The notes under the pieces: generated by a model
Told to the model about the DNA's origin: nothing
The model's database searches: none
What the model saw: only the letters and a program-made list of their open reading frames with translations
Program-made: the position numbers and the translations under genes
Source: Batkoa obscura
Taxonomy: Eukaryota
DNA: 64,000 bases
Direction of reading: 5' to 3'
Assembly: GCA_030770535.1 (NCBI GenBank)
Contig: JASVEC010000022.1
Location: forward strand, 248,001-312,000
Part shown: positions 38,499 to 52,604 of the stretch, piece after piece
Numbering within the stretch: position 1 is the stretch's first letter
Layout: every line of letters starts with the position of its first letter

Positions 38499-38597
38499 GG
38501 GGATATATTTTTGTGTTTAAGAATTTTACTAACAACTTTTCCACCCAAATAGCGTTTAAAAAATGGAAAAAATAATGAAGTCAAAAAAAATACCCTC
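38499..38597 (+). mobile_element. MITE copy
   Basis: GGGGATATA...TACCCTC, flanks ATTT/AATT. Confidence 0.85.
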
Positions 38598-39216
38598 AAT
38601 TTATTCTATAAATCAAAGCAATGATTTCTAAGCTATTAATACAATCAAATGAACTTCGATAAAAGGGGGGTCCCATTATTTGATTATCAGATAAATTATA
38701 TACTTGAGAATTGTTTTTTATAAAAATAATGTATAAGATAAAGCTATTTAATGCTCATTCTTTGTTCTCTATTTGCACTAAAAACTTGTTCCATGGAAGA
38801 ATCAATCCCCAATACTAATTTTTATTCAAATTACTTCTTAAGCTTCAAATTTTAAAAAAAATTTTTAGCCTTTTTTGCTGATGTTGAGTATTGGAGTTAG
38901 AAATCTTGTTTTTTTGTTTAAGGTTTTAGATCTGATAAATATCAGTATCTTTATTTCACTTATAATATAGAAATATTGACACTAAGTTTTAATAAAATGA
39001 TAATATTTATTAACTATCAAATACTAATAATCAGATATAGATAATATCTTATTTACTTAATCTTAATCTTAATCTTAATCTTCAACTTTAAACTAGATTA
39101 AACATTTTGAATTCATCAATTTTAAACTCATTCTTTCCAGTTTAAATTAACAATTAGAATTCAATTTCAATCTAGATCTGGAATTCAAATTATAAAAATT
39201 TCAATTTAATAATATT

Positions 39217-39315
39217 GGGGGGTTTTTTTTTTTAGTTTCATCACTTTTTCCATTTTTTAAGCGCTATTTGAGTGGAAAAATTGTTAGTAAAATTCTTAAA
39301 CACAAATATATCCCC
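39217..39315 (-). mobile_element. MITE copy
   Basis: GGGGGGTTTT...TATCCCC; TSD imperfect. Confidence 0.85.
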
Positions 39316-39576
39316 ATTATTGAAAATAAGTGTGGATATTATTTTACAAATTAAAAATAATAGAAACTAAAATTCTCAGTACTCAATTTTTATTATTATA
39401 AAATTCTTTATAGAATTAAAAAATCTAATTAAATGTTCCATTTTAATAATAAATTAAGTATAAAAAACATTAAAAATTAAAAAAGACGTTAAAAGTAAAT
39501 AAAGATTTCATTTAATATATTACTTTAATAAATGAGCAAATACAATCTCTCAATTTTAAAAACTTCATAATTCCTC

Positions 39577-42500
39577 TTACAACCAAGGCATCCAATGATA
39601 TTCCATAGCCGCAATATTACTTGGTTTTGTTGCTTCTGAAATCAGATCTAATACAGGTTTATTCACTGGTGTCTTCCCCGTATTCCCACCATTTCCATTT
39701 TCTCCTTCACAAGCCATCAATTTGATTCGATCTAATACTCTATTAGTCATTTGTTCTAATTCTTGCTTACTATCTTTTAATGGAAACAATGAAGAATCAA
39801 ATTTTTCCAATTTATTGGCATCTAAATAAGTAAAAAATAATTTAAAATATAATAATTCCACTCTTAAAAATAACATAATATAATGCATAATTTCAGGTTC
39901 AGGTAAAATAAGTGCTCTTGCAGTAGCTATAATAGCCGAGGGTAATGGTCCATTTAATCCATATCTTGTTATCATAGCTTGTAAACTAGGAGTTAACCGG
40001 AAGGGTACTGTTTCTTGACTTTGTAATAATGGACCTTCAAAATTTAATGTGGGATAAGATTCTTTTAACCAAATATCCCCCGATTTTAATCTTATTGCCA
40101 TTTTACTTGGATCAATATTACAAATTGAAAAGGCATAAGAATAAAATGAAAGGATTCCTAATTGACTTGTAAATGATTTTTGAAAACCCCAATATTCTGA
40201 ATGATTAGGAATTGTAGACATAAAATAATCTTTTGTATAATTTTTATTCACTATTGTTTGTTGTATTTCTTCAATTGTTTTTGTTTTTAATTCTAATAAT
40301 TGTGTTTTATCTAGAGTTTGATTTTCCATTAAATTCATTTTTTCTAAATAATATAATTCGGGTAAATCATAACTTTGATTTTTCGATTGACATTGTTCTA
40401 TAAATATATCTTTTTGAGTTATATAAGGTCCATTATATTCAATTAACCTTAAAGAATGACCCATTGGAATAACTTTTGGTAAATGAAAGTGTAACTGTCT
40501 CTTGACCGTTTCTTCACTTCTATATAAAATTGAATTCATACAAAGATTAAATTGATTTAATCTTTCTTCTCTTCTCGAATTATATGTAGCATTTAAATCT
40601 AATAAAAATTGATAAATTTCTCCATCATTACCACGCATACCAACAATATATTGAATTTGATTATTTCTTCTTATTATTTGATATTTGGGCATGATTCGCA
40701 TAATTTTTATTAAATCGTGCATTTCATCTTCCATTGTATATTGACCTGGTATTAACATATCATGTAAGGATGGACCTTCTGCATTTAATAATTCTCGATC
40801 AAAAAAATCATTATATTTATTAGTATATTTCATTTTTACAATATTTTCATAATGATTTTTCCATAATCGCATTTTATAGATAAAGCTTAATAAATCCATA
40901 TCATTTTCATTAAATGTTAATTGAAATAATCTGGACAATTCTTCATCTAAAATTAATTCGATACATTGATTTATTAATTCTTTATTATTATTACTATCTA
41001 ATCCCATTGTTTTTTGATTCTTATTCATAATATTTTGTTGAATAACTAAATTTATATTCTCTTCAATAATTTCATTTAATAACTTCAATAAACTTTCTTC
41101 ATTATTTAATTTTGGTGGTTTAGACAATGAATTTGCAATTGTTGTAGCGGTAATAGCATAGAGAGGTGATTGAAGTTTAATTAAATCAATTAATTCATTG
41201 ACTGATTCCCAAGCTGATTTAAATAGATTTACTTCATTTTCTGGTTCTTTATTTTTCGATAAATTTCTAAACACTGTAAACTCATCTTTTGCTGTTAATA
41301 AATGATAAAATACCGCTTGTGGATATCTTTTGGCCATAATATTTAATATTTGTATAATAAAATTAGCACTTGGTTGATATAATGTAGAGATTAATTGTGG
41401 TATAAAAAACAACCAATACCATAATGGGATGTGTTCAATAAATTCAGCAAACGATTTCGAGAAGATATTATTCTCATCATCCATATTTAATAAATTAATA
41501 ATTCTTGCTATATATCTTCTTGATTTATGATTTTTATATAACATAGATGCTTGATTATAACAATTGATAGCATAACTAGCATGTTCCATATTTCCATTTT
41601 GAAAATAAAGTTTTTCATTAAAAATACCCCATTCTGCCCATGATTTTGGAACAGACATATCCATTTGAGTTGCTGAAGAGAAGGCTTGATTAGCTTCCTC
41701 AATTTGATTTAATTTATTAAAAAATTTGCCTTTTAAAGTAAAGTATTTGACTTTTTGCAATGGTGAAAAAAAATTAATAGACGCTTTACTCAACATATCT
41801 AATCCTTTATGGATTTCATTATTCGAAAAATAATAACATTTAGCTTGTTCAATTAATTTAACAAATGCTTCAGATATATGAATATTTGGTAATTCATAAA
41901 TTCTTTCAGATATATCTAAACTTGTTTTATAATGACCTTGTTTTCTCGCTACAATAGCAAATCGATTTAATAACCAAGCTTGCTCATAATATCCTTTTTG
42001 TAATAATGTAGCTGTTGAGATCGAATTTGTTGGTTGCATTTTCTCCAATTTTTGGCCCAAATTTTTTAATATCTTGGTCATTTTATTAAATGTTTGATGT
42101 CTAAAACCTACCATATCTTGCCAAACTTCCATCGAATCCCAAGCGTTAGGTAGTCTTCCTCTCCAAGGTGATATTACTTTATCAATATTGGATGCAATCA
42201 TATCAATACTAGTTAAATGTACTTCATTTAATTGACTAAATAAAGTAGTACAAACTTCTGATTCATATAACTGTTGACAACCACTTAATAAAGCTAAATG
42301 AGAATTAGATACAAATTGAGGCAACATATGCCATTGTTGAGCAATAGCATTATTTACATCTTTATTTAAATTATTAAATTCCTCTAAAAATTCATTTCGA
42401 ATTTCTTTAGCATTCAATAAGGTTAAAAAGGATTTATAAAATTTGATTTGAAAATCTTTAGAGACTGTAAAATCTACAAATTCATAACGATTTAATAATT

Positions 42501-44081
42501 CTTGAAAACCAAGATTGTCTTCCGTTAAATTTTTAGTTTGCCATTTAGCTTTTAATTGTAATTCTAAACTTCCAGTAACTTCTCCTAAATCTTCAATAAA
42601 ATCCCATTTTTGCATATTTTCAACACATTTAATCCATTCTTCTTCCCACATTGAAAATTCAGATTCACATGTAGGTACAGTAATTTTACTTGCTAAATTT
42701 TGTGCTTGTTCATAACATGATAATGCTTGTGGATATAAGGATTGACTTGCATAAGCTATAGCTATACCCGTAGTTGAAAATCGATGTCTCATGGACCATA
42801 ATGAATAATAATAGTCATCTTCTCTTAAAGTTAAAAATAATTCGGATAAAGCATCTTCGGCATTAATTTTAATTAAGGCTCCATCTTTATCATGAGAAAT
42901 AGCAATATCTGTAATTGAATTATCTAATAAACGAATAGCAGTATGCCAACAATTAAATTTCGAGCCCAAATATTTAATTAAATGAGGTGGTAATAATATA
43001 CTTGGTTTACATTTTTCAAAACCTTGTAAAAAAGTTTGTATTATATTTGGGCGTAAATAAAATTGTTTCATATGATATGGTTTACAAAATAAACTTATAG
43101 AATGTTTTAATAATTCCGTTTTCTCATTTTCAGTTAAACATAACCAAACTAAAGGGAAAATAGAAGTCCATAAATCGTGAGCAAATTCAGAATTTGTTAG
43201 ACTTAAGATTTGTAATGATATTGATAAATCTTTTCCTGTTAATTGATTTAATGATTGTTTTAATTGATTAATTGAATTACTAATAATTATACAACATTCA
43301 TCTAAATCTTCTTTTAAAGTAATAAATTCCCCATCATGAAATGAGTTTTTAAATGGAAGATTAATTAATTGTTGAAATTGAAAAGGTAATAAATTCAATT
43401 GTTGATTAATTGAACCTAATAAAAAATATAAAGCTTGGTGAATCCAATAATAATCCGATAATCTTTCCCAATCTTGAATATTAAATATATATTTTAATCT
43501 CGAAAATAATCTTAAAGGTGAAGAATCATTTAATATTTTTAGAAAATTTGTTTTAATAATTGGAAAATTTACTCGAGTACCTAATAAAAAGGCAGTCTCT
43601 AATTTCATTGTTAATTCGGTATTTTGAAAATTAGAAGTTGAATAAATTTGATGAACTAAATTTAAAAAATCTTTTAATAATAAATCATCACATCTCATTT
43701 CAATATCGGACATTGAAACTAATAAATTGGCTTTCTCTTTTAATGTTGGAAATGATTCTGTTGGTTTTAATACCCAATTAGAAATAATTGTAAATATAGA
43801 TCTTAATAAAAACCCATCTGTTGATTTTTCTAATATTAAACATAATGAACTTAGCATTGTTTTACGATGATCTCCTAAATAACCTACTCTTAAATTTAGT
43901 ATATTGATTGTTAATAAGATGGAATTTGTTAATGTTTCAGATGCTGTAATAACATTAGAATTAGTATTATTTAAAAAGGGATATAAGAATCTCCATTGGG
44001 TTATTTTTGAATTACTTTGTTGACTTGTATTATTATTATTACTATTATTATTATTATTGTTATTATTATTATTATTATTAC

Positions 44082-44166
<85 letters not shown>

Positions 44167-44177
44167 GGTTGATTTAC

Positions 44178-44228
<51 letters not shown>

Positions 44229-47200
44229 ATATGTGTTCTTTTGATAACCTTTGTAATAATCTTACTAAAGTAGGTACTGAATGATCAATAGCTTCTGGTC
44301 GAGGTACAGATATAGCATCCAATAAAATTAAAGAAGAATTTAATGTAACAGAATCAATTAAACCTTTAGAAATAGTAGCTTCAATTAAAGATTGAAATGA
44401 AAATGATATTGGATTATGACCAATAGATTCTGGGCCTGGAAGTAATTCCAATATATGTCGGATAATAGGATGTAATGAACAAGAAATTATATAATTGTTA
44501 CATTTAATACAATTCATTAATAATTCTTTTAATTGTCTAATATGAATATCAATCCATGATTTGGATTTATGCTTAATTAAGGAATTGATCATTTCTAATG
44601 TTAATATTACTTGAATTTGATTTTCGTCTGTATTTTCTACTTTTAATGTATTCTCAAATAAATTTAATAAAATTGGGGCATCCGACCAACTGTTTAATGC
44701 TAATAAATTATTAAATATAGTTAATGCTGGGCCACAATTCGTTTTTCTAGAGGGCATATCATCACATGAACAATATAATTTAATTAATGATTTTAGTATA
44801 ATTCCTTTCATAAAACTATTTAAACAATACGTTTTACTAACTTCTATTGCTATTGATGTTAATTGTATATTATTGGATGTTGGTGATTCATTTTTTATTT
44901 TCTTTTTATTGAAATCCTCTTCATTTTCTTCATTTGGTCTTTTATCGCCAGATTGTAAGTTCAATTCATTCTCTTGATTATTTTTATCTAAAAATAAAAC
45001 TTCCCATTTATAAATTAATTCAGCTAATTGAATAGTTAAACTTTTACAATCTGCTGAGGAAGATTGTAAACTTAATTTAGGTAAAATATACAATATTTGT
45101 GGAACAAAGTGCATTCTATAATCATAAAATGCATCTGCATGTCGACAAATAGTTGAAAATATATTTAACATATGTGAAACATTATAATTTTCATCACTTA
45201 ATACTTGTTTTGTAAATCGAATCCAAATTGGGAATCTATTATCTTCCCCTGATTTTTGAGAAGTTCTATTAGGTAATGCTTGAATAATGGCATCTAAAGC
45301 CATCCTACCAATTAATTTAGTTTCTAAATTCACGGATTTCAATAAAGCACCATAAACGTTGATAATAATATTATCCGGTGTATTATAAGCTGCAATAAAT
45401 CGTGCAATTAATAAATGAGCAGATTGTTTACATATGTTATCATCTAATTTAGTATGAGCAAACCCAAATTGAATAATTTCCTTTCGACATTCCATAAAAT
45501 AATTGGGACAAAATTGTAACAATAAAGTAGTAAATTGAATTAATTCTAAACGATAATAATCATCCATTGAAGAATCAGTTTGTGTTTTATCAATTTCTAT
45601 TTGAGACCATATCTTTTGTCGTATTAATAATATTATCTCTTCTTCTACTAAATTAGAATAATCATTCTTTATAAAAGCAACTAAAATTAATGGATTAATT
45701 AAGTTATGTAAAAAAATAGTTAACGATGTAATGGGATAATTGTTATCATTAATCTTATTTAAAAAACTAATTAATATAATTTTCCTTTGTTGTTTACTAC
45801 AATTTAAAATATATTGTTTTAAGAATACATGTAAAAAAGAAAAATCAGCACTTGAATTAATACCAAATACTGTACTTAATTCAAATATTAACTCAATATT
45901 TCCTTGGTTTTGTTTTAAATAATTGACAAATAATTTAGCAATATAATAAGATTCATTTAAACTTGTTAGACTCAAAGATGTTTCATTTTGTATTTTTTCT
46001 ATTCTACTAGGTGATTTCCATAATTCCATTAATTTATTAAATATTTGTGGACATTTAATCAACCAATCAGAATGATGTTGTGTACATGCTTCTATTATTG
46101 AAATAAAGTAATATTTATAATCATCTGATTTATTATTGTTATTAATATCTTCTTTTTCAATTGTAAACTTAATTAATTTATCTGGATTTTCCATAACATC
46201 TTTTCTTAATTCAGTTGCTGATGATGAATTTAATAAACAAATAAAAAACTGAGCAAATTTCTCATTTTCAATATTATTAAATAAATATTCATTAGTATCT
46301 ATAGGATATCTATTTAAATATTTAATTAAAGGTTCTCGAATTGGACTAGAATTATTTCGTCGAATTAAACTTTCAAATTCAACTGCAAAAGGTATTAAAT
46401 CTTTAACAAATATATTAGCTACAGGTGGCAATAAATGAAAGATATGTAAAATGGCTGCTATGATTTTGATTTCATTTCGATCTTTCAATTGGGTCGTTGC
46501 TATTTCTTTTAACAAATTTAAATCCGCCCATTTTTTCATACTTTCAAATAATTTCACTCCGATTTCAATTTTGAAATAATGAGTTAATATATCTAATAAT
46601 TTAGCCAATCCTTTAAGATGAGGTACTGTTAATGAAGTATAATCACTAATACTAGTAAGATAAGGTTTCAATACCTCTTGTAATAAATCCTTTGGTAATT
46701 TATTTTGAAATGATGTTAATTCCTTTAATCCTGAATTAGCTGCCTCTGCAATTTCATTATGACTATTGTGTAAGAATTTGAAAAACACCCTTTGTGCCCT
46801 TGCTCTTAATACAGCTGGTTGAGAAGTAGCTTCCACAAAGCTCAATGCTGATAAGATAACTTCAATACATTTAATACGAAATTTAATCATTAATGTATCA
46901 TCTTTAGCTTCGGATGATTTATATAAACTATCATCCGAATCTAATAAAGCTAATGCTTCTGCTATAAAAGTAGGTAAATGCTCTTCCCCATCGATAAATG
47001 AACATTTCGCATTTAATATAAATGCAATAGCATCAAATGCACCAATCATAATCGAAAAAGGTAAAGAACGTAATACTCGAGTAAACATCAAATCTAATAA
47101 TTTGTCCGAAAAAGGTTGTAATATTGTTGATATATCATTATTTGTTATACTAGCAAATAAATTAATTATTGATTTTGATAATTCACGTAAAGCACCATTG

Positions 47201-50200
47201 GAACTAAATAGTTCCTTAATTATTAAATCTAAAGTTTTGGAATAATCGGGTTGTTTGATACCTTCCTTAATTGTTGATTTTGGTTGAGAATAAATTTTTA
47301 ATATAATTTGTTGTAATGAATTAGAAATATGATTGGAATAAGGTGTTGAAATAGATGAAGAAGCAGATTTCAGGGCAAAGATAAAAGCAGTAGTAATCTC
47401 CATTTCATGATTTAATAAAAAAGGTTTATCTAATTTTAACTTATTAACCATTATCATTAATGAATGACAAGCTGCATCTTTACGAAACAGTTCTTCAGAA
47501 TAACAATAATTACATAATGCTTCGCATAACTTATTAAAAAAGGACATTTTATGTAATTGTTTTTCATTACTTAAATATTGTAAATATCTTTCTTCAATTA
47601 AATAAACCATTTCAGTACTTAACTTTCTTAATTGAATATTATCACACGTTATCATTTCTACAATCGAGTCGAAGAAGGCTGAAAACCCAAGATCATTGGT
47701 GATTTTCTTAGAATCAAAATCACATTGTTTAGCATTAGGATCAATTAATTGTAACATTTTAATAGTTACATAATAACTAGCAAACCCTTGTAAAAGTGAC
47801 CAAGCTTCTTCATATAATTCTGAATGAGAAGCTGCAAGGAATAAAGAATTAAATAAAGTAATCAATAGTTCTTTTTGTATTTGTTCATCCGCTTGAATAC
47901 CCATTTCATTATTATCCACATCAAATGCTTTTTTTTCAATATAAGAAGTAATAAATGATTCCTCATTCACTTTAGCTAATTTATTCTTTGATGGTGTAAT
48001 ACATAAACCTTCATTATTATTATCCTCTTCATTTTCTTCAAAATAATTTTCTACTTTAACTTTAACAACAGCAATATCTTCTGGTTTTAAAGAATCAATT
48101 GTAACCAAAGCAGAAAAGCAAGCTTTAATAATTTTTAATGAGTGCAATTTATAAAATTTATCGGCCATTGGATCATACAATGTATGATAAGCCATTTTTA
48201 CCATATTTTTAATTGGAAGACCTAATAATTGATTTTTACCTTCAAATTTAATCCCAATTTTTAAATTATTTTGTACACTTTCATCATATGAAATAATAGG
48301 TGAATGTTGCATAAATAACTTATTTAGGCCTCCCAATTTACCTAAGACTCGAATAGCTGACATGGAGATATCTTGATTATATGGTAGGGGTCTTATATGT
48401 CGCCATAAACAATAAGATAATTCATCAGCTACAGGTGCTATTACAGCTTCTAATGCCTCTGGCTGTACATTTTCAATACATATATCTAAGGTCTTTAATC
48501 CCTTTACAATTAATCGCTCATTAAAAGTTAAAGCCATACATAATGGTTTCATAAACTGTCTTAAAAAGTTAATGTATGGGGCAACAGTGGCATTAATTGT
48601 TAACAATAGTTCGATTAATAATTCTCTTAAATCTAAATTAGTAGTAGAAGCTAAAGCTAAAGTTAAATCAGAAACAATTTGAGGTAATAAAGCTAATACA
48701 GCACTTAATACTTTGTTCAAATGTAATGTAGCTGTATAATTAAAGAAAGAATCTAATAATAAGTAATAATTGGCACAACTATCTAATTGAGTGGAATATT
48801 CAAAACATTTTCTTATGATTTTAGTTACACAATTAATTAATATTTGTTCATTGGCTACTGGATAATGGGATATAGAACGAAAGACTAAAGTAAATAAATA
48901 TAACATACAATTGGTTTGATTAGCATCAGCATGACCTAATTGATCTAATTTATCCATTAAAAAATTAATTAATATACCAGCAAAATGATGAGATAATCGA
49001 TCACTCATTAATAATGATTTAGGTAGATGAGCTAACAATGGGTTTTCTAATAATCTTTCAAAGAAATAATCCATATTAGAAGAAAATACTTCATGAACAA
49101 CAGCTAAATCTAAATGATGGAAAAAAAATACAATCGTTTTTATAACTTCTTTAGCATCTACAGAATCTGGAGGATGTAATAATGAACTTCCGTTTCTATT
49201 TATTATTGATTTATCTTTTTCTTCTTTTTTAACATCAAAATGATATATATATAAACATTTAATTGTATCTCTGAATAATTTAGAAAATAATTTAGTATCA
49301 TCAATAGAAAATCCCAATGCAAATTCTTTTACAAAATCAGTATTTGTAGTTAATATTACTGGATTAGTTCTTATCAAACCTCTCATAATAGTCTCTAAAC
49401 CTGTAAACATATGTTTAAATATAGATCTAGCTTCTTTTAATAATTCTACTGCATTTTGAGATGATTTAATTAAAGAACCTAAAGGCCTTATTTTTTCAAA
49501 ATCAAATTGATCAATATTGTCTTCAGTTAAATTAGTAATGGATGGAAACGGTGATGGATTTTCAGCTTCTTGGTAATCTAAATATTGTTTCTTTATAGAT
49601 GGGAATGCAATATTAATACTATCTACTTTATTAGCAAAGGCATTTAATATATGCATCACTAATAATCTTGCTTCAACTTCATTTTGGTTTTGCACAATAG
49701 AATCTATAATATTAATTAATAATTTGGCACATACCATTTGCATTGTATAACTTAAATGATTTTCTAAAAAACCCCGAATAAATATATGCGTTATTTTAGT
49801 AATCTGTGGTTGAGTTAAATCTTTTCGAAAATAATGAATCACTTCGGCTATTACACTATATGAAAAATATTTGATTGTTTCTCGTGTTGTTATGCCATTC
49901 CATCCCATTATTTTTTCACATAATAATACATCCAAGTTTTTAACAAAGTAAGGACGTGCTTCTAAGTTTAATACATAAGTAATATCAAAGAATAAATCCT
50001 AGAAATAAATAAATAAAATAACCGTTGAACTTTAAATTAAATTCTTACTTTTCGAAGTGAAGCATAGTCCGGTGGACAATCACATAATAGACGAACTAAT
50101 ATATCCACCACATCACCAAGATAAGGAGATATACTATAAATATTACCACGATGTAAAACCGATAAATAAGATACAATCTAAAAAGTAGTGATTTAATAGT

Positions 50201-51235
50201 CGAATTGTTATTATTATATAAATTATTACTTTAATCTGCGCCACTGTTAAATCCGAAAACAATGCTTTGTTTTTGATTAATGGACTAATACCGACGAATA
50301 CTTCACCATTTAATTTAGCTTGAGCATGGGCTTCTGCTTGTGGTGCCGCTTGTAATTTTAAAAAAGCCATTGCTGGTGGATAAATAATATCTAAATAAGG
50401 TACAATAATATCTCTATAAGAGAGATTGAGTGGTTTTAAAATGGATGGACATTCTATTAAAACTTTAAAACTAAACATGCCTCGTACCAATAATTTTTGT
50501 CCATTATCTGTTACATCTGAATTGGGAGAAAATGGTTTTGGTGTATTATCAAGAGCTGGGTTGGGCTATTGGATATTAAAATTAACATTTAATATTCAAT
50601 ATCATTAACACAAAAAAACTCACCGTATTATTAGCTGGCGTTGTTGAATTATTATCAAACATTTTTGTTACATTTTGTTCCATATTAGCTAATAAGTCTC
50701 GAATAGTTTCAAATAATCCAATCATATACTCTTGAAGTTCTGGACGATAAACACGAAACATTTCCACAATTATCTTTAAACTAGCAATGGCGTTATCTTC
50801 GTTATCAACTTCAAATACTCTTAACAGTGTCTTAGCTATATCCCCAACAAAATTTTTTAAATGTTCATTGAATGGTAATCGATTAAAGATTTCTAATATT
50901 GTACTGCGAAGTTTCTATTTAAAAAAATTTTAGTGATTGTGAGTGAAGATTTACGTAACCATTTACCTGCTCAAATGCCTTTGGTGAAAATGAAGGTGGT
51001 TCATCATTTAATATAGCTAATAGTACAGGTACCAATCGATTGAGATAAGCCAAATTGTCATTTTGATAAAACTCTGCCGAATCTCGAAGTTCAACCGCTA
51101 CTTTGGCTTTTAACGTTATTGCTGAGATTTAAAATGATCAGATTTATAAATATGAATTTGAATGGTTAATTAATTACCTAAATTACTATCTAAAAGCCGG
51201 GTAGCATATAATTCATAGTTAAATTGATTGACCAT
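39577..51235 (-). CDS. TRA1: Transcription-associated protein Tra1/TRRAP (PIKK pseudokinase of SAGA/NuA4); several short 5' exons plus one >10-kb exon
   Basis: Spliced N-terminus QKLRSTILEIFNRLP...DNEDNAIASLKII, SFKVLIECP, RVLGKLGG, FAT region, RREER, ETVPFRLTP, FATC-like end WMPWL. Confidence 0.95.
44029..44226 (-). repeat. (AAT)n microsatellite encoding poly-Asn within TRA1
   Basis: About 200 bp of near-pure TTA/AAT repeats, in frame. Confidence 0.95.
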
Positions 51236-51923
51236 GGTTTATTTTTTTATTATAAAGTACTGGTAATCACAATGTAGAGTGGTAGTAGCCTAAATACTAT
51301 GTGTTTTTTTATAATTTATAAGTTAAAAGATGAAATTTGAGTTTTTATATTTGAGTTTTATATTTGAGTTTTTCGACTTTTTCAGACTTTAAAAAAGCTT
51401 TGTTGGAAAAACGTTTTATAAAGTCAGAGGATTATTGGTCAACGATTTGCAATATTGAGTTTGACCTAACTTTTTGCACATTCAACTTGTGCTTAGATTC
51501 AAAAAATGGTAGAATTCGAAATTTCAATTTTTAATGAATTTTTAATTTTTTTTGAGAATGAAAGTAGAGAAATTGGGAGCGCTTCGAAAAAAAAAAGTGA
51601 ATTTGGGCTTGTGGGTTTGACGTTTATATATTTCAAAAAAGGGTTATTTTTGAATATACATAATATTGAAAAATTAAGTAAACTCAATAAAATGATATAA
51701 AAATAGGGAGACATTAGATCAATAAAGGATCAATACACAAATCATAAATAAAAAACGAAAAAAAACGCCAGAAAATGGCATAAAATTTTCATTTTTGACA
51801 GCTTTGATTGATACTATCTTCTGCTTAATTGATTTTGATTTTAAAATAATATTCAACAAACATAACTCTGTCATTTGAAGAAAACTTGCTTGTATCATCA
51901 CCGATGATATGTTGCTGCTAAAG

Positions 51924-51986
51924 TAATAGCCAATCATTACGCTAATAAAAGTACACCTTTGTACACTTTTAAGTGATTGGCTATTA
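51924..51986. promoter_or_regulatory. Pair of inverted CCAAT boxes forming a 13-bp perfect inverted repeat
   Basis: TAATAGCCAATCA...TGATTGGCTATTA, ~700 bp upstream of the TRA1 ATG. Confidence 0.4.
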
Positions 51987-52604
51987 TCATGGTAGTTGGT
52001 TTATCGGGGGTAACAAATTGACATCACTTAAAAAACAGAAATATGATAAAAGCTTTTATAAAGTGTCTATTCAATATTAGCTTTACTTGTTTACCTATAT
52101 GTTTGTTTTGTCATTTTCATTGATTGACAAACTAATTTTATTGAATTTTCTAACTTAGTGTTATCTTGATATTCAGCTACTGGTAAGAAAATTATCAAAT
52201 ACGCTTTCAGATTAATATTAATGAATAAATAAATGAAGTTAGGCTATCAAGTAATCCTTTTGATAGTATTATATTAAAATTTATAAATATTGTTTATTTA
52301 AAGATAAACAATAATAACATAAAGTATATTTATAACTGTTATTTAGTAATTCAAACCTCTTTGTGAAAAAGAGAAAGTGATCAGCTTTATTTTATAGTTT
52401 CCAGACAATAGTGTCATAAAATGTGAGATTTTTCATATAAAATGATTTATGCAAAACACTACAAAAAATCACAAATTACACTATTTAAACATGATGTAAA
52501 ATATAATTAAAGGAAAAATAGAGAATATAAAAACAATATGCATCTATCCTGGATGTTAACCTTTTTTTTAAAAAGGCTATCATTAGGGCTATCACTTATA
52601 GATT

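Noticed and set aside
44007..44284. Poly-Tyr and poly-Leu ORFs
   Set aside because: Antisense frames of the (AAT)n microsatellite
51499..51937. Short ORFs upstream of TRA1
   Set aside because: Low-complexity, no motifs or splice support
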